A stretch of 64,000 nucleotides of DNA from Bacteroidales bacterium. Its GTDB lineage: Bacteria > Bacteroidota > Bacteroidia > Bacteroidales > WCHB1-69. The stretch covers positions 3,733-67,732 of the forward strand of contig JAKSMG010000011.1 of the NCBI GenBank assembly GCA_024400755.1. The letters are read 5' to 3'. Positions within the stretch are counted from its first letter, which is position 1. Each line of letters opens with the position of its first letter. Shown here piece after piece: positions 9,289 to 22,617 of the stretch. A program made the position numbers and the translations under genes. The notes beneath the pieces are model-generated. The model worked only from the letters and a program-made list of their open reading frames with translations. It did no database searches and had not been told where the DNA came from.

Positions 9289-10599
9289 ATGAAGAAAATC
9301 ATTCCGATATTCCTTCTTTGCCTCCATAGTTTTTTCGCATATACCCAAGACAGCAGTCAAGCCAGAGAACACATTAAATATTTATCTTCCAAAGAATTAC
9401 ACGGAAGAGGCGTAGCCTATAACGGTGAGAATTTAGCCGCTGGCTACTTGCAATCCCAATTGCGAAAATTGGGTGTTGAACCACTCGGCAACAACTATTT
9501 TCAATCCTACGAATTAGCAGGATTTGCCTTAGAAGGAAAAATTCACTGTGATATTGACGGTCAGGAACTTACACCAGGCGACGACTACCGAATTGCTCCG
9601 TTTTCCCAATCACTCAACGGAACATATCCAATCATCCACATTCCCTACTCTACCCTTATAGACTCAAAAAAAATCGATAAGATTAAACAAAAATATGGAA
9701 ATAACTTAGCCAAGTGCCTCATCTATATTGACGACACAAAGGCCCATTTCAAAAAAGAGCAAGATCAAAAGGATTATCAAAACAAAGTCAGAATGATAGA
9801 ATTTGACAATCCTTTTCACTCTGCGGGAATCATTAAAGGGGTTGGCAAAATGTCAGCTTGGGGACTTGCACACACCCATTACGCACGCGAATCGGCCTTT
9901 ATTTATATGTTGAACGATAAAATCAAGCGTAACTCCAAGCAAATCACCATCAACTATAACAACGAATTAAGACCTTACACGCATCACAATGTCTGCGGAA
10001 TCATTCGAGGAACGGATAAAGCGGACGAATACATTGTACTTTGTGCCCACTACGACCACCTTGGAGCGATGGGGGAAAATGTTTATTTTCCAGGTGCACA
10101 CGACAATGCCAGCGGCTGTGCATTTTTGCTGAATATGGCACAATATTTTAGTCAAAATCCGCCAAAATGCTCTATCGTGTTTCTCTTTTTCGCAGGCGAG
10201 GAAAGCGGTTTGCTGGGTTCCAAGTATTTCACGGAAAACCCTCTGATTCCCCTTCAACAAATACGATTCGCTATCAACTTTGACTTATTGGGCGGCGGCG
10301 ACGAAGGAATTACCTTAGTCAACAGCACCGAAGGAAAAGGCAAGGACCTTTACGAAAAAATTGTTTCCATTAACGACAAGGAGCAACTTCTTCCCAAAAT
10401 CGCCACGCGGCAAAACACAGCCAACAGCGACCATTACTTCTTTACGCAGCAAGGCGTTACCGCACTATTCCTCTACACGATGGGAGGCAAGACCGGAGCT
10501 TATCACGACCCATCAGACAGCAACGATAATTGCTCTCTTGCGATGTTTGACTCCATTTTCAAATTATTCAGAATATTGATAGAAAAAGAGGGCGACTAA
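9289..10599 (+). CDS. Secreted M28 family metallopeptidase
   Basis: AHYDHLG, GAHDNASG, GEESGLLGS, SDH and YH motifs. Confidence 0.9.
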   Translation: MKKIIPIFLLCLHSFFAYTQDSSQAREHIKYLSSKELHGRGVAYNGENLAAGYLQSQLRKLGVEPLGNNYFQSYELAGFALEGKIHCDIDGQELTPGDDYRIAPFSQSLNGTYPIIHIPYSTLIDSKKIDKIKQKYGNNLAKCLIYIDDTKAHFKKEQDQKDYQNKVRMIEFDNPFHSAGIIKGVGKMSAWGLAHTHYARESAFIYMLNDKIKRNSKQITINYNNELRPYTHHNVCGIIRGTDKADEYIVLCAHYDHLGAMGENVYFPGAHDNASGCAFLLNMAQYFSQNPPKCSIVFLFFAGEESGLLGSKYFTENPLIPLQQIRFAINFDLLGGGDEGITLVNSTEGKGKDLYEKIVSINDKEQLLPKIATRQNTANSDHYFFTQQGVTALFLYTMGGKTGAYHDPSDSNDNCSLAMFDSIFKLFRILIEKEGD

Positions 10600-10615
10600 A
10601 TCATCAGCCGCCCTC
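10583..10615 (-). terminator. Intrinsic terminator between convergent genes
   Basis: GAGGGCG...CGCCCTC stem with an adjacent A5 run (U-tract on the minus strand). Confidence 0.6.
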
Positions 10616-10641
10616 CAGTAGATTTTCAAAAAGAAATTCAA

Positions 10642-12156
10642 CTATTCTATTTCTAAGTTTTCGAGTGTGTATTCTTTTAAATTATACATACCGAAATAGG
10701 CCTTACTTCCATCAAAAAGCCATAAGCGATTAAATGTATTTTTGCTTTTCGCATAATCCATCACCGGTTGGACAATCATATTGGTTTCTGTCAATTTAGC
10801 GATATTCAGACAATTTTTAGCACGACCTAAAACGACATTTACAGCGGCAGGACTGGGTTGAGCCGGGATGTGGGCTTTACTGTCCGTATATAAAACATAA
10901 ACATCATTACCTTTGACAAAAGAAGAAAAAGACAGACCAATACCCAAAGCCGTCATACCGTTACACTCGCGTTCAAACAGCATCCATTCCGAACCGATAT
11001 TTTGATTCTTCATCAAAATATGTTCCGCCATAGCCGTTCCGTTCTCATCAAAGTGCTGGTAAAGGATATTTTGCTTATGATACCAGTAGGTTGTAGTTCC
11101 ATTGTCTTCTTTTATGACCATACAGGTATTCTCGCCCAGCATAACAACATTTCCGTTTTCCAACTGATAAATATCCTTGCATTCCGTATGATAAGGAGCG
11201 CGAACATACAACACCTGTTCAATACCTGGACGTTGGTCTGCAGAAAAATCCTCTTTCTTCAAGGCCGCAAAATCTTCAACTTTGGTATCAAAAATGACAG
11301 AGAAATAACCACAAGTGGGTTGATGGTCTTTGTTGGCAAAATAACCACCGATAAAAAGATTATTATTTTTCAAAGCTAACATTTTCATAGAATGAACGAT
11401 TCCATCCTGGAAAGGAATGGCTCTTGCTTCCGCCCTATCCGCCGTAATTTTAAGTAAATGCACGGCAGAACTTTCCCAGAAATTGTTCTGCTGCTTTCCA
11501 TCGGCCATCAACAGATAAACAACGCCAGCATTATCAACAATTAAATCTTCCACCGAAAAAGTGCCGCCATAAATTTCAGGTGTTAATGATTTATAAAAAA
11601 CCTCATTACCCTGTTCGTCATAAAGAAAACAATGGAATGCACCGACCTTGTAATTTGGATTCACGGAAAAGAGCACAAGTGCGTGATATTTTCCATTGGC
11701 GGAAGTAGCCGCATATTCCCTTACATCACCGGCATACTTAACGGGCATAGAAAAGCGCAATTCGGGAGTAACTTTTTCCTCATCAAAAGACTTTGAGAAT
11801 TTCGCCACCCGATATTCGTATTGCGTATTTTTGGGATAACAGCCGTATGCGGCGAAGTATTGGTCTCCCGCATCAAAAGAAAGCAAACAGAAATTTTTAG
11901 CTGGCAAAGTCAAAGATTTTGAAGTAAAGACATCGCTTTGCTTATCGTATTTCAAAATCTGATGATGGTAAAATTTTGACTTATAGCTTTTCGGTGCCAT
12001 ATAGACCACAAAATCATCATTACCATTACTAATTAACTGAATGTCATTGTTTTCCGCATTATACGACTCAACGACGGGGCCGCCACCCTGAATTAACTGT
12101 GCTTTTGTCAGCATACAGGCGCACAGCAGAACCATTGCTACAAATACTTTTTTCAT
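10642..12156 (-). CDS. Secreted hypothetical protein, beta-rich
   Basis: Long ORF with signal peptide from MKKVFVAMV (12156). A TACTTTTG box at ~12185-12192 lies inside the longer ORF-track version, which supports the later start. Confidence 0.75.
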   Translation of the reverse strand: MKKVFVAMVLLCACMLTKAQLIQGGGPVVESYNAENNDIQLISNGNDDFVVYMAPKSYKSKFYHHQILKYDKQSDVFTSKSLTLPAKNFCLLSFDAGDQYFAAYGCYPKNTQYEYRVAKFSKSFDEEKVTPELRFSMPVKYAGDVREYAATSANGKYHALVLFSVNPNYKVGAFHCFLYDEQGNEVFYKSLTPEIYGGTFSVEDLIVDNAGVVYLLMADGKQQNNFWESSAVHLLKITADRAEARAIPFQDGIVHSMKMLALKNNNLFIGGYFANKDHQPTCGYFSVIFDTKVEDFAALKKEDFSADQRPGIEQVLYVRAPYHTECKDIYQLENGNVVMLGENTCMVIKEDNGTTTYWYHKQNILYQHFDENGTAMAEHILMKNQNIGSEWMLFERECNGMTALGIGLSFSSFVKGNDVYVLYTDSKAHIPAQPSPAAVNVVLGRAKNCLNIAKLTETNMIVQPVMDYAKSKNTFNRLWLFDGSKAYFGMYNLKEYTLENLEIE

Positions 12157-12211
12157 TCTATTATATGTTTGATTAATAATTCTGCAAAAGTACTCTTTTT
12201 TTTCAATATAC

Positions 12212-12242
12212 AAAAGAGGGTGACCAAAATTTTGTCACCCTC
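12212..12242 (-). terminator. Intrinsic terminator of the rpoBC-DUF3467 transcript
   Basis: GAGGGTGAC...GTCACCCTC 9-bp stem followed by TTTT on the minus strand. Confidence 0.75.
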
Positions 12243-12270
12243 GTATCATAAAAACAAATGATTTCAGAAA

Positions 12271-12567
12271 TTAGGCCAAACCGCCATTTCCACCAATAAT
12301 AGGAATAGGTTCAGCAACATTATCCTTGATAGCACCATTTTTCTCTTCAAATTTAGCCACATTATCCGCCAATGCGTGTAACAAGCGTTTTGCATTTTGA
12401 GGAGTCATAATGATACGTGAACGAACTTGTCCTTTGGGCAATCCGGGCATCATAGCTGCGAAATCAAGGATAAACTCAGCATTGGAATGGGTAATAATAG
12501 CTAAATTAGAATAAACGCCAGTAGCTACTTCTTCGCTCAAATTGATATCAATTTTTTGTTCTGCCAT
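12271..12567 (-). CDS. DUF3467 family protein
   Basis: GVYSNLAIITHSNAEFILDF...RIIMTPQNAKRL; conserved position after rpoC in Bacteroidetes. Confidence 0.9.
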   Translation of the reverse strand: MAEQKIDINLSEEVATGVYSNLAIITHSNAEFILDFAAMMPGLPKGQVRSRIIMTPQNAKRLLHALADNVAKFEEKNGAIKDNVAEPIPIIGGNGGLA

Positions 12568-12587
12568 AAGATAATAGTTTTATAGGA

Positions 12588-15500
12588 TTATTCTTTTGAA
12601 GCCATTAAGGATTCGTATTCTTCCATTGAACCCACCTGCATATTTTGATAACGTTTCAACCCTGTACCAGCGGGAATCAAATTACCAACAATAACATTTT
12701 CCTTCATACCGTCCAAAGTATCCACCTTTGCGTTAATAGCGGCTTCGGTCAACACCTTAGTGGTTTCCTGGAATGATGCGGCAGAAATGAAGCTTCTTGT
12801 CTGCAATGCGGCTCTGGTAATACCCTGAAGAATTGGTTTACCAGTGGCTGGTTTAGCATTACGAACTTCCACCAACTTCAAATCCTTACGTTTCAGCATT
12901 GAGTTTTCATCACGAAGGGTCTTTGCGTTGATAATCTGACCTTTATATAAATCAGTGGAATCACCTGGGTCAACAACGACTTTCTTTTCCCAAATAATAT
13001 CGTTTTCTTCTTGGAAATCGATCTTATTGATTAATTCACCCTGTAAGAACTTGGTATCACCTGGATCTTCGATTTCTACCTTACGCATCATCTGACGAAC
13101 GATAACCTCGAAGTGTTTGTCGTTAATCTTAACCTGCTGCATACGATATACATCCTGGATTTCGTTGATGATATATTCCTGTACTTTCATCGCACCCTTG
13201 ATATTCAAGATGCTTGAAGGCGTCAAGGCACCGTCTGACAACGGAGTTCCGGCGTGTACAAAGTCGTTTTCCTGAACCAAGATTTGTTTTGAAGTAGAAA
13301 TCAAGTATTCCTTTTCTTCGCCTGTACGGGAAGTAACCTTAACGGCACGCTTATTACCACGTTTCAACTTCTTATCCAAGGTTACGAAACCTTCGATTTC
13401 AGAAACCACGGCTGGATCTGAAGTATCACGTGCTTCAAACAATTCCTGAACACGAGGAAGACCACCGGTGATATCGCTTGCCTTACCGAAGGAACGAGGA
13501 ATCTTAACCAAGACTTCACCTGCTTCAATTTCCTGATTATTGGCAACGGACAAACGTGCGCCCACAGGAATATCGAAGGTTCTCATAATTTCGTCATTTT
13601 CATCAAGTACCGCAATACTTGGATTCTTTGTCTTCACACGGCTTTCGATAACCACTGCGTCTTGCACACCAGACTGGTCATCAATTTCAACACGGAAAGT
13701 AACACCTTCCACAAAATCGTTGAGTTGGATTCTACCTGCCACGTCTGACAAGATAACGGCGTTGTATGGATCCCATTCGGCAATCTTGTCACCTTTTTCA
13801 ACGTGATCACCGTTCTTGAAATACAATTTAGAACCGTAAGGAATATTAGCAGAATATAAAACGACGCCCGTTTTAACATCCACGATCTTCATTTCGGCAG
13901 CACGACCGATAACTTCATAGTATTCACCCTTATCGATAGCACGTAATTCGTCGATAACCAACTGACCTGCATGGTGAGCATCAATCTGCTTATCGGCAGC
14001 CGCGCCACCAGCAACACCACCGACGTGGAATGTACGCAATGTCAACTGAGTACCAGGTTCACCGATAGCCTGTGCGGCGATAATACCCACGGCTTCGCCC
14101 ATTTGAACCAGCTTGCCGGTTGCCAAGTTTCGACCATAGCACTTTTGGCAAACACCGTGTTTCGATTCACAAGTAGGCACCGAACGAATTTCGACTTCTT
14201 CGATTGGAGAATCTTCAATAGTCTGACAAATGCTTTCGGTCAGCTCGTCACCAGCTTTTACAATCAATTCACCTGTCAAAGGATGATAGATATCGTGCAA
14301 AGAAACACGACCCAACATTCTGTCATATAATGATTCGACGATAGTCTCATTTTTCTTAACAGCGGAAACCGTCATACCACGCAAAGTACCGCAATCCACT
14401 TCATTAACGATAACGTCGTGGGAAACATCCACCAAACGACGAGTCAGATAACCAGCATCTGCAGTCTTCAAAGCGGTATCGGCCAAACCCTTACGAGCAC
14501 CGTGCGTAGAAATGAAGTATTCCAACACGGACAAGCCTTCCTTGAAGTTTGACAAAATCGGGTTTTCGATAATTTCACCACCTGTAGCACCTGCCTTGGT
14601 AGGTTTAGCCATCAAACCACGCATACCGCACAACTGACGAATCTGTTCACGAGAACCACGAGCACCAGAATCGCACATCATATAGACGCAGTTGAAACCT
14701 TGACGATCCTTGGCAATCTGATCCATCAAAATATTAGTCAGATTAGCATTGGTTTGAGACCATAAGTCGATAACCTGATTATAGCGTTCATTAGCCGTAA
14801 TGAAACCCATATTCAAGTTTGCGTTGATTTCATCGATACCGGCATTAGCTTCGGCAATCAAAGTCTTCTTTTCTTCAGGGATGATAACATCACCCAAGTT
14901 GAATGACAAACCACCTTCGAAAGCCATACGGAATCCCATACCCATAATATCGTCCAGGAACTTGGCGGTAACGGCATTTCCGAATTTAGCCAAAACATCA
15001 CCGATAATCTGTCTCAAGTACTTCTTAGTCAGAAGTTTATTAATATAACCGAATCCCTTAGGAATAACCTGGTTGAAGATAATACGACCGACCGTGGTAT
15101 CAGTCAGCACCATATTACCGTCACCCTTAAGGTCAACACGGCACTTGATGCAGGCATTCAGGTGAACTTTCTTTTCATTCAAAGCAATCAACACTTCTTC
15201 TGGAGCGTAGAACTTTCTACCCTCACCCATCACGGGTTGTTCTGGAGTGGAGTGTAATTCTTTAGTAATATAGTATAAGCCCAATACCATATCCTGAGAA
15301 GGAACGGTAATAGGGGCACCATTAGCAGGGTTCAAAATGTTGTGAGAAGCCAACATCAGCATTTGAGCTTCCAAGACGGCAGCGTTGCCCAGTGGAACGT
15401 GGACAGCCATCTGGTCACCATCAAAGTCGGCGTTGAAAGCCGTACAGCACAAGGGGTGCAAACGAATGGCCTTACCTTCGACCAACTTGGGTTGGAATGC

Positions 15501-16892
15501 CTGAACACCCAGACGGTGCAAAGTAGGAGCACGGTTCAACAATACCGGATGTCCCTTTAATATATTTTCAAGGATTTCCCAAATGATGGGTTCCTTTCTT
15601 TCCACCACCTTCTTGGCAGACTTAACAGTCTTGGCAATGCCTCTTTCCAAGATTCTGCGGATAATGAACGGTTTGAACAATTCAGCCGCCATATCTTTTG
15701 GGAGACCACATTCGTTCATGTGAAGTTCAGGGCCTACCACGATAACCGAACGACCAGAATAGTCAACACGCTTACCGAGCAAGTTCTGACGGAAACGACC
15801 TTGCTTACCCTTTAAGCTGTCTGACAAGGATTTAAGGGCTCTATTAGATTCTGTCTTAACAGAATTTGACTTTCTTGAATTATCGAACAAAGAATCGACC
15901 GCTTCCTGCAACATACGTTTTTCATTACGCATAATGACATCAGGAGCCTTGATTTCGATTAATCGTTTCAAACGATTGTTTCTGATAATCACTCTACGAT
16001 AGAGTTCATTCAAGTCTGATGTTGCGAAACGACCGCCATCCAATGGAACCAAAGGACGCAAATCTGGCGGGATGACAGGAACAATCTTAATAATCATCCA
16101 TTCCGGCTTATTGACCGTACGTCTTCTACTGTCTCTGAAAGCTTCAAATACGTGCAGACGTTTCAGGATTTCCTGTTTTCTCTGTTCTGATGTTTCCACA
16201 TTGGCACGATCTCTCAACTCAAAAGATTCCTTATCCAAGTCGATTTTCACCAATAGATCGTACAAAGCTTCGGCACCCATCTTGGCAATGAACTTGTTAG
16301 GATCATTGTCATCCAGTAATCTATTTTCGGGAGGAAGATTATCGATTACGTTATAATATTCTTCTTCGCTCAGCAATGCTCTTTCCTTTACGAGAACATC
16401 GTCTTTCTTTTCCTTATCTTTCTTTTCACGGAATTGGAAACCTTCGGCAGCACCTGGCTGGATAACGAGGAAGTTCTCATAATAAATCACGGATTCCAAT
16501 GCTTTGGAAGAAAGTCCCAGCAAAGCACCGATTTTATTTGGAGAGGACTTAAAGAACCAAATATGGGCAACAGGAACCACCAGTTGGATGTGGCCCATAC
16601 GTTCTCTACGCACCTTACGTTCTGTCACTTCGACACCGCAACGATCGCAGACAGTTCCCTTGTATCTGATTCTCTTATATTTACCGCAATTACATTCCCA
16701 ATCCTTCACAGGACCGAAAATCTTTTCGCAGAACAAGCCGTCACGTTCAGGCTTATAGGTACGGTAATTGATGGTTTCCGGTTTGAGAACTTCGCCATGA
16801 GATTGGTCCAGAATCTTTTCGGGGGAAGCCAGACTTACGGTTATGCTCGAAAATTCCTTTCTTGTATTATTATCTTTTCTAAATGAAGTCAT
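12588..16892 (-). CDS. rpoC: RNA polymerase beta' subunit
   Basis: [12 protein letters not shown] catalytic motif, zinc fingers, 1434 aa. Confidence 0.99.
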   Translation of the reverse strand: MTSFRKDNNTRKEFSSITVSLASPEKILDQSHGEVLKPETINYRTYKPERDGLFCEKIFGPVKDWECNCGKYKRIRYKGTVCDRCGVEVTERKVRRERMGHIQLVVPVAHIWFFKSSPNKIGALLGLSSKALESVIYYENFLVIQPGAAEGFQFREKKDKEKKDDVLVKERALLSEEEYYNVIDNLPPENRLLDDNDPNKFIAKMGAEALYDLLVKIDLDKESFELRDRANVETSEQRKQEILKRLHVFEAFRDSRRRTVNKPEWMIIKIVPVIPPDLRPLVPLDGGRFATSDLNELYRRVIIRNNRLKRLIEIKAPDVIMRNEKRMLQEAVDSLFDNSRKSNSVKTESNRALKSLSDSLKGKQGRFRQNLLGKRVDYSGRSVIVVGPELHMNECGLPKDMAAELFKPFIIRRILERGIAKTVKSAKKVVERKEPIIWEILENILKGHPVLLNRAPTLHRLGVQAFQPKLVEGKAIRLHPLCCTAFNADFDGDQMAVHVPLGNAAVLEAQMLMLASHNILNPANGAPITVPSQDMVLGLYYITKELHSTPEQPVMGEGRKFYAPEEVLIALNEKKVHLNACIKCRVDLKGDGNMVLTDTTVGRIIFNQVIPKGFGYINKLLTKKYLRQIIGDVLAKFGNAVTAKFLDDIMGMGFRMAFEGGLSFNLGDVIIPEEKKTLIAEANAGIDEINANLNMGFITANERYNQVIDLWSQTNANLTNILMDQIAKDRQGFNCVYMMCDSGARGSREQIRQLCGMRGLMAKPTKAGATGGEIIENPILSNFKEGLSVLEYFISTHGARKGLADTALKTADAGYLTRRLVDVSHDVIVNEVDCGTLRGMTVSAVKKNETIVESLYDRMLGRVSLHDIYHPLTGELIVKAGDELTESICQTIEDSPIEEVEIRSVPTCESKHGVCQKCYGRNLATGKLVQMGEAVGIIAAQAIGEPGTQLTLRTFHVGGVAGGAAADKQIDAHHAGQLVIDELRAIDKGEYYEVIGRAAEMKIVDVKTGVVLYSANIPYGSKLYFKNGDHVEKGDKIAEWDPYNAVILSDVAGRIQLNDFVEGVTFRVEIDDQSGVQDAVVIESRVKTKNPSIAVLDENDEIMRTFDIPVGARLSVANNQEIEAGEVLVKIPRSFGKASDITGGLPRVQELFEARDTSDPAVVSEIEGFVTLDKKLKRGNKRAVKVTSRTGEEKEYLISTSKQILVQENDFVHAGTPLSDGALTPSSILNIKGAMKVQEYIINEIQDVYRMQQVKINDKHFEVIVRQMMRKVEIEDPGDTKFLQGELINKIDFQEENDIIWEKKVVVDPGDSTDLYKGQIINAKTLRDENSMLKRKDLKLVEVRNAKPATGKPILQGITRAALQTRSFISAASFQETTKVLTEAAINAKVDTLDGMKENVIVGNLIPAGTGLKRYQNMQVGSMEEYESLMASKE

Positions 16893-16914
16893 AATTCCAA
16901 TTTAATAATTTATA

Positions 16915-19900
16915 CTATTCGAATTGAACATCCAATGCAAGTCCTCGGAGTTCATTTACCAAAACGTTGAATGATTCTGGCAAACCGGCCACTGGCATAT
17001 TGTCACCCTTAACGATGGCTTCATAAGCCTTGGCTCTACCGATGACGTCATCGGACTTAACCGTAAGAATTTCTTGAAGTACATTAGCCGCACCGAAAGC
17101 TTCGATAGCCCAGACTTCCATTTCACCGAAACGCTGACCACCGAATTGGGCTTTACCACCAAGAGGTTGTTGCGTAATCAATGAATAAGGTCCTATAGAA
17201 CGAGCATGCATCTTATCATCAACCATGTGGTGCAACTTAATCATATAGATGTAACCCACCGTAATCTTCTGATGGAATCTCTCACCTGTTTCACCATTGT
17301 AAAGGTAAGTACTACCATTTTTAGGAAGACCCGCCTTGGCAATGAATTCATTGATTTGATCCAAGGAAGCACCATCAAAGATAGGAGTAGCGAACTTCAT
17401 ACCCAGTTTCTTACCGGCCCATCCCAAAATAGTTTCGTAAATCTGTCCCAAGTTCATACGAGAAGGCACGCCCAACGGGTTCAAAACGATATCTACCGGG
17501 TGACCGTCTTCCATAAACGGCATATCTTCCGGACGGACGATCTTAGCCACGATACCCTTGTTACCGTGACGACCTGCCATCTTGTCACCGATACGCAGTT
17601 TACGCTTATTGGCAACATAAACCTTAGCCATCTGGACAATACCGTTTGGCAATTCGCTACCCACTGTCGCATCAAATTTTTCACGCGTCATCTTAGCCAT
17701 TAAATCACGTTCCTTGACTAAGTAGTTGCGGATAATTTCTGACACCAAACCATTGATTTTCGCATCGTTAGTCCATTTAGAAACAGCAACGGTAGCAAAA
17801 TCGATAGTTTGCAGCATCTTCTGCGAGAACTTTGTTCCCTTAGGTATGATGACATTCTTTGTATTGTCATAAACGTTATGGGAAATCTTGCCTTCCAATA
17901 CACGATACAACTTCGTTACAATCTTGTCTTTCAATTCTTGCAACTGTTTACCGTAATTGCGTTCAATTTCGGCAACGATATCTTTATCCTTAGATTTGGC
18001 CTTTCTATCCTTAATCAAGCGTGACAAGGACTTAGCACCGATAACGACACCCTTCATTGATGGTGGTGCCTTCAAGGAAGCATCCTTCACATCGCCGGCC
18101 TTGTCTCCAAAGATGGCACGGAGCAACTTCTCTTCCGGAGTTGGGTAAGATTCACCCTTAGGCGTGATTTTACCAATCAAAATGTCGCCTTCATTCACTT
18201 CGGCACCAATACGGATCAAACCATCTTCGTTCAAATCCTTAGTGGCTTCTTGAGATACGTTTGGAATATCGTTGGTTAAAATTTCTTGTCCGCGTTTGGT
18301 ATCACGAACTTCCAAAGTAAATTCTTCAATATGAATAGAAGTAAAAATATCTTCTTTTACCACTCTATCAGAAATAACGATAGCATCCTCATAGTTATAC
18401 CCTTTCCAAGGCATAAAGGCGACCAACATATTGCGGCCCAATGCCAACTCGCCGTTTTCGGTAGCATAACCTTCGGTAAGCACCTGACCTTTGGTTACAC
18501 GGTCACCTTTTCTTACGATAGGTTTTTGATTGATGCAAGAATTTTGGTTAGTTCTTCTGAATTTTTCGAGTTTATACTCTCTTGTATCGTCGTCGAAAGA
18601 AACCAAACGTTCGGCATCGGTGCGGTCATAACGGATAACGATACGCATGGCATCTGCGAATTCAACCACGCCATTACCTTCTGCACAAAGCATAGCACGT
18701 GAATCCATAGCCACACGACGTTCCAAGCCAGTACCTACGATAGGCACTTCTGGATGCAACAATGGAACGGCCTGACGCATCATGTTTGATCCCATCAAGG
18801 CACGGTTAGCATCGTCGTTTTCAAGGAAAGGAATCAAGGATGCGGCGATAGACGCGATTTGGTTGGCGGCCACATCAATCAGATTGACCTGTTCCTTAGG
18901 AACGATAGGATAATCGGCCAAGAAACGAACCTTAACATTGTCAGCCAACACGTGATTTTCGTCCATTGGCGTCGTAGCCTGAGCGATATATTTATTTTCT
19001 TCTTCTTCAGCGCTCAAATAAACAGGTTCTTCTTCGAAGTTAACCTTACCGTCAACAACTTTTCTATAAGGAGTTTCGATAAATCCCAAGTTATTGATTT
19101 TTGCGAATACGCAAAGAGAAGAAATCAGACCGATATTCGGTCCTTCAGGAGTTTCAATGGTACACAGACGACCGTAGTGGGTATAGTGAACGTCACGGAC
19201 CTCGAAACCGGCTCTATCTCTTGACAAACCGCCAGGACCCAAGGCAGAAATTCTTCTCTTGTGAGTAATTTCAGACAATGGATTGGTTTGATCCATAAAT
19301 TGAGACAACTGGTTTGTTCCGAAGAATGAATTGATAACGGAAGACAAAGTCTTGGCATTAATCAAATCCTTAGGTGCGAAAACCTCATTGTCACGGACGT
19401 TCATTTTGTCGCGGATAGTACGGGACATACGGGCCAAGCCCACGCCAAATTGGTTGTAGAGTTGTTCACCTACGGTTCTAATACGTCTGTTGCTCAAGTG
19501 GTCGATATCATCAACTTCAGTCTTGGAGTTGATCAATTCGACCAAATAGCGTATAATGGAAATGATATCCTCTTTTGTCAAGACACGTGTCTCGATAGGG
19601 ATATTCAAATTCAGCTTCTTATTGATTTTATAACGACCTACTTCTCCAAGGTCATAACGTTTATCGGAGAAGAACAGTTTTTCGAAAGCAGTACGGGCGG
19701 TTTCCTCATCTGGCGGAATCGTGTTACGTAACTGCTGATATATAAATTCGAGGGCCTGCTTTTCGGAATTGGTCGGGTCTTTCTGCAAGGTATTAAAGAT
19801 AATGGAATAGTCGGTTTGCTTTCCATCATCTTTATGGAACATTACCGTCTTCACGCCAGCTTCAACGATACGGTTGATATGCTTGTCTTCCAAGACGGTT

Positions 19901-20715
19901 TCGCGGTCGATAATAACCTCGGTACGTTCAATACTGGAAACTTCACCAGTTTCTTCATCGGGAAAATCTTCATTCCAGGTTCTAACGACTGCGGCAGCGA
20001 ATTTTTGACCCACAAACTTTTTCAAGTTGGCCTTAGTTGCTTTCACTTCTTGGGCGATATCGAAAATATCAAGGATGTCCTTATCCGTTTCATAGCCGAT
20101 CGCACGCAACAAGGTAGTTACGGGCAATTGCTTTTTACGGTCGATGTAGGCATACATCACATCGTGTGGTCCGGTAGTAAATTCCATCCAAGAACCCTTA
20201 AATGGGATGATACGGGCTGAATACAGCTGCGTACCGTTGGTATGGAAAGAAGAACCGAAGAAAACGCCGGGAGAACGGTGTAACTGGGAAACCACGACAC
20301 GTTCGGCACCATTGATAATAAAGGTACCGCGAGGAGTCATATAAGGTATTAAACCCAGAAAGACATCATCAATACGGGTTTCGAAATCTTCATGCTCGAT
20401 ATCATTGCATGAAAGTTTCATTTTGGCTTTCAAAGGGACACTATAGGTTAAGCCCCTTTCGAGACACTCTTCCATCGAATAGCGAGGACCGTCGATATAG
20501 TAGTCAAGGAATTCGAGGACAAAACTATTTCTTGCATCCGTTATCGGAAAGTTTTCCATGAATGCTCTAAAAAGTCCTTCGTCACGTCTATGTTCCGCAT
20601 CGGTATCGATTTGGAAGAACTCTTTGAAAGACTTTAACTGAATATCAAGGAAGTCTGGAAAGTCCACTGGCGCGGTGGATGCAAAGCTAAATCTTGTATT
20701 ATTTGTTGTTGCCAA
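16915..20715 (-). CDS. rpoB: RNA polymerase beta subunit
   Basis: [30 protein letters not shown] and [11 protein letters not shown] motifs; TTG start. Confidence 0.99.
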   Translation of the reverse strand: MATTNNTRFSFASTAPVDFPDFLDIQLKSFKEFFQIDTDAEHRRDEGLFRAFMENFPITDARNSFVLEFLDYYIDGPRYSMEECLERGLTYSVPLKAKMKLSCNDIEHEDFETRIDDVFLGLIPYMTPRGTFIINGAERVVVSQLHRSPGVFFGSSFHTNGTQLYSARIIPFKGSWMEFTTGPHDVMYAYIDRKKQLPVTTLLRAIGYETDKDILDIFDIAQEVKATKANLKKFVGQKFAAAVVRTWNEDFPDEETGEVSSIERTEVIIDRETVLEDKHINRIVEAGVKTVMFHKDDGKQTDYSIIFNTLQKDPTNSEKQALEFIYQQLRNTIPPDEETARTAFEKLFFSDKRYDLGEVGRYKINKKLNLNIPIETRVLTKEDIISIIRYLVELINSKTEVDDIDHLSNRRIRTVGEQLYNQFGVGLARMSRTIRDKMNVRDNEVFAPKDLINAKTLSSVINSFFGTNQLSQFMDQTNPLSEITHKRRISALGPGGLSRDRAGFEVRDVHYTHYGRLCTIETPEGPNIGLISSLCVFAKINNLGFIETPYRKVVDGKVNFEEEPVYLSAEEEENKYIAQATTPMDENHVLADNVKVRFLADYPIVPKEQVNLIDVAANQIASIAASLIPFLENDDANRALMGSNMMRQAVPLLHPEVPIVGTGLERRVAMDSRAMLCAEGNGVVEFADAMRIVIRYDRTDAERLVSFDDDTREYKLEKFRRTNQNSCINQKPIVRKGDRVTKGQVLTEGYATENGELALGRNMLVAFMPWKGYNYEDAIVISDRVVKEDIFTSIHIEEFTLEVRDTKRGQEILTNDIPNVSQEATKDLNEDGLIRIGAEVNEGDILIGKITPKGESYPTPEEKLLRAIFGDKAGDVKDASLKAPPSMKGVVIGAKSLSRLIKDRKAKSKDKDIVAEIERNYGKQLQELKDKIVTKLYRVLEGKISHNVYDNTKNVIIPKGTKFSQKMLQTIDFATVAVSKWTNDAKINGLVSEIIRNYLVKERDLMAKMTREKFDATVGSELPNGIVQMAKVYVANKRKLRIGDKMAGRHGNKGIVAKIVRPEDMPFMEDGHPVDIVLNPLGVPSRMNLGQIYETILGWAGKKLGMKFATPIFDGASLDQINEFIAKAGLPKNGSTYLYNGETGERFHQKITVGYIYMIKLHHMVDDKMHARSIGPYSLITQQPLGGKAQFGGQRFGEMEVWAIEAFGAANVLQEILTVKSDDVIGRAKAYEAIVKGDNMPVAGLPESFNVLVNELRGLALDVQFE

Positions 20716-20868
20716 GGTGGTGAATTTTAAATTACGAAAATAAGAACTTTCTAAGCCTAAAAACAGAAAAGAGTATTGAGGCAGTAAGCTATGAGATTGA
20801 TTGAGAGATAATTAGATTGTTGCTGATAGTAAAATTTAGTAAGGGAAGTTGGAGGGAGATATAAATAC

Positions 20869-20915
20869 AACAATTAGTACAATACTTTCACCGCAGTGAA
20901 AGTGTTGTACTATTG
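20869..20915 (-). terminator. Long hairpin between rplL and rpoB (terminator/attenuator candidate)
   Basis: TAGTACAATACTTTCAC-CGCA-GTGAAAGTGTTGTACTA near-perfect inverted repeat just downstream of rplL. Confidence 0.65.
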
Positions 20916-20934
20916 TCGCATTATTAAAGTGAAA

Positions 20935-21312
20935 TTATTTAACTTCAACTTCAGCACCGGCTTCTTCCAAAGATTTCTTCAAGCCTTCAGCTTCGTCTTT
21001 AGAAACGCCTTCCTTAACAGCCTTAGGAGCACCGTCAACTAATTCCTTAGCTTCTTTCAGACCGAGGCTAGTCAGTTCCTTCACCAATTTAACAACGGCC
21101 AACTTGTTTGCGCCAGCTGATTTGAGGATAACATCAAATTCAGTTTTTTCTTCAGCTGCGGCTGCTGCACCTGCTGCTGGAGCTGCTGCTACTGCTACTG
21201 CTGCGGCTGCTGGTTCGATACCGTATTCTTCTTTCAAAATTTGAGCTAATTCGTTAACTTCCTTAACTGTTAAATTAACTAATTGTTCTGCAAATGCTTT
21301 TAAATCTGCCAT
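20935..21312 (-). CDS. rplL: 50S ribosomal protein L7/L12
   Basis: [10 protein letters not shown] and [11 protein letters not shown] motifs. Confidence 0.99.
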   Translation of the reverse strand: MADLKAFAEQLVNLTVKEVNELAQILKEEYGIEPAAAAVAVAAAPAAGAAAAAEEKTEFDVILKSAGANKLAVVKLVKELTSLGLKEAKELVDGAPKAVKEGVSKDEAEGLKKSLEEAGAEVEVK

Positions 21313-21362
21313 AATTGTATTATTTTAATGGTTATTTACTTTGTTTAATAAAATTGATTTTT

Positions 21363-21881
21363 TTAATTTTTTTCTGACAAGGTTTTTACGATGCCTGCGA
21401 GCTTGCCACCACCAGACTGCAATGCAGAGATGACGTTGCGAGCGGGAGACTGCAATAAACCTACAATGTCGCCGATCAGTTCTTCTCTAGACTTGATGTT
21501 GCAGAGAGTATCCAATTGATCGTCACCGAAATAAGTTGCCTGTTCAATAAATGCTGCCTTAAGGATAGGCTTTTTGTTTTTAGTGCGAAAATCCTTAATC
21601 AATTTTGCAGGAGCATTTCCTGTGTTGCTGAGCATAATTGAAGTAGTGCCGGCCAATGCGGGATAGATTTCAGAATAGTCAACGTCGGACTGTTCCATAG
21701 CGCGTTTAAGGAGGGTGTTTTTAACCACTTTCAACTTAATGTCGCGACGGAAACATTGTCTTCTCAGTTGGTTAACTGTTTCCACAGTAAAGCCGGAAAT
21801 ATCGGTTACATATACATTCGCATACTCAGCTAAGTCCTTTGCGATGGCATCAATGATAACACTTTTCTCTTCTTGTTTCAT
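21363..21881 (-). CDS. rplJ: 50S ribosomal protein L10
   Basis: VVKNTLLKRA motif and operon position. Confidence 0.97.
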   Translation of the reverse strand: MKQEEKSVIIDAIAKDLAEYANVYVTDISGFTVETVNQLRRQCFRRDIKLKVVKNTLLKRAMEQSDVDYSEIYPALAGTTSIMLSNTGNAPAKLIKDFRTKNKKPILKAAFIEQATYFGDDQLDTLCNIKSREELIGDIVGLLQSPARNVISALQSGGGKLAGIVKTLSEKN

Positions 21882-21899
21882 ACTTTAGCTTTTTTAAGA

Positions 21900-22595
21900 T
21901 TATAATGTAACTGATTTCACATCAACTTGTACACCGGGGCTCATGGTACTTGAGAGATAGATACTCTTAATGTACGTTCCTTTTGCGGCAGTCGGTTTCA
22001 ACTTGATAATAGTTGACATCATTTCGCGTGTATTTTCAACCAGCTTTTCGGCATCGAAATTGATTTTACCGATACCTGAGTGGATGATACCGAATTTGTC
22101 AACTTTAAAGTCGATCTTACCGGCTTTCACATCAGCAACAGCCTTACCGATTTCCATGGTTACGGTACCAGCTTTGGGGTTAGGCATCAAGCCACGGGGA
22201 CCCAGAACCTTACCGAGGGCACCGATTTTTGGCATAACGCTCGGCATAGTGATGATCACGTCAACGTCGGTCCAACCTTTTTTGATTTTATCAACGTATT
22301 CGTCCAATCCTACATAGTCGGCGCCAGCTGCCTTTGCTTCAGCCTCCTTGTCAGGAGTACAGAGAACAAGCACTCTAACCACCTTACCTGTTCCGTGGGG
22401 AAGGGTAACGATACCTCTAACCATTTGATTGGCCTTACGAGGGTCAACGCCCAAACGAACGTCGATGTCGAAAGATGCATCAAACTTGGTATAAGTAATA
22501 TCCTTCACGATCTTAACAGCTTCGGTCAAAGGGTAAACTTTGTTCTTATCAAATTTAGCAAAAGCTTCTTTGCGTTTTTTTGATATTTTAGCCAT
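21900..22595 (-). CDS. rplA: 50S ribosomal protein L1
   Basis: LPHGTGK and [11 protein letters not shown] motifs. Confidence 0.99.
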   Translation of the reverse strand: MAKISKKRKEAFAKFDKNKVYPLTEAVKIVKDITYTKFDASFDIDVRLGVDPRKANQMVRGIVTLPHGTGKVVRVLVLCTPDKEAEAKAAGADYVGLDEYVDKIKKGWTDVDVIITMPSVMPKIGALGKVLGPRGLMPNPKAGTVTMEIGKAVADVKAGKIDFKVDKFGIIHSGIGKINFDAEKLVENTREMMSTIIKLKPTAAKGTYIKSIYLSSTMSPGVQVDVKSVTL

Positions 22596-22617
22596 GTTGA
22601 TTTTTTTACTTTGTTAA

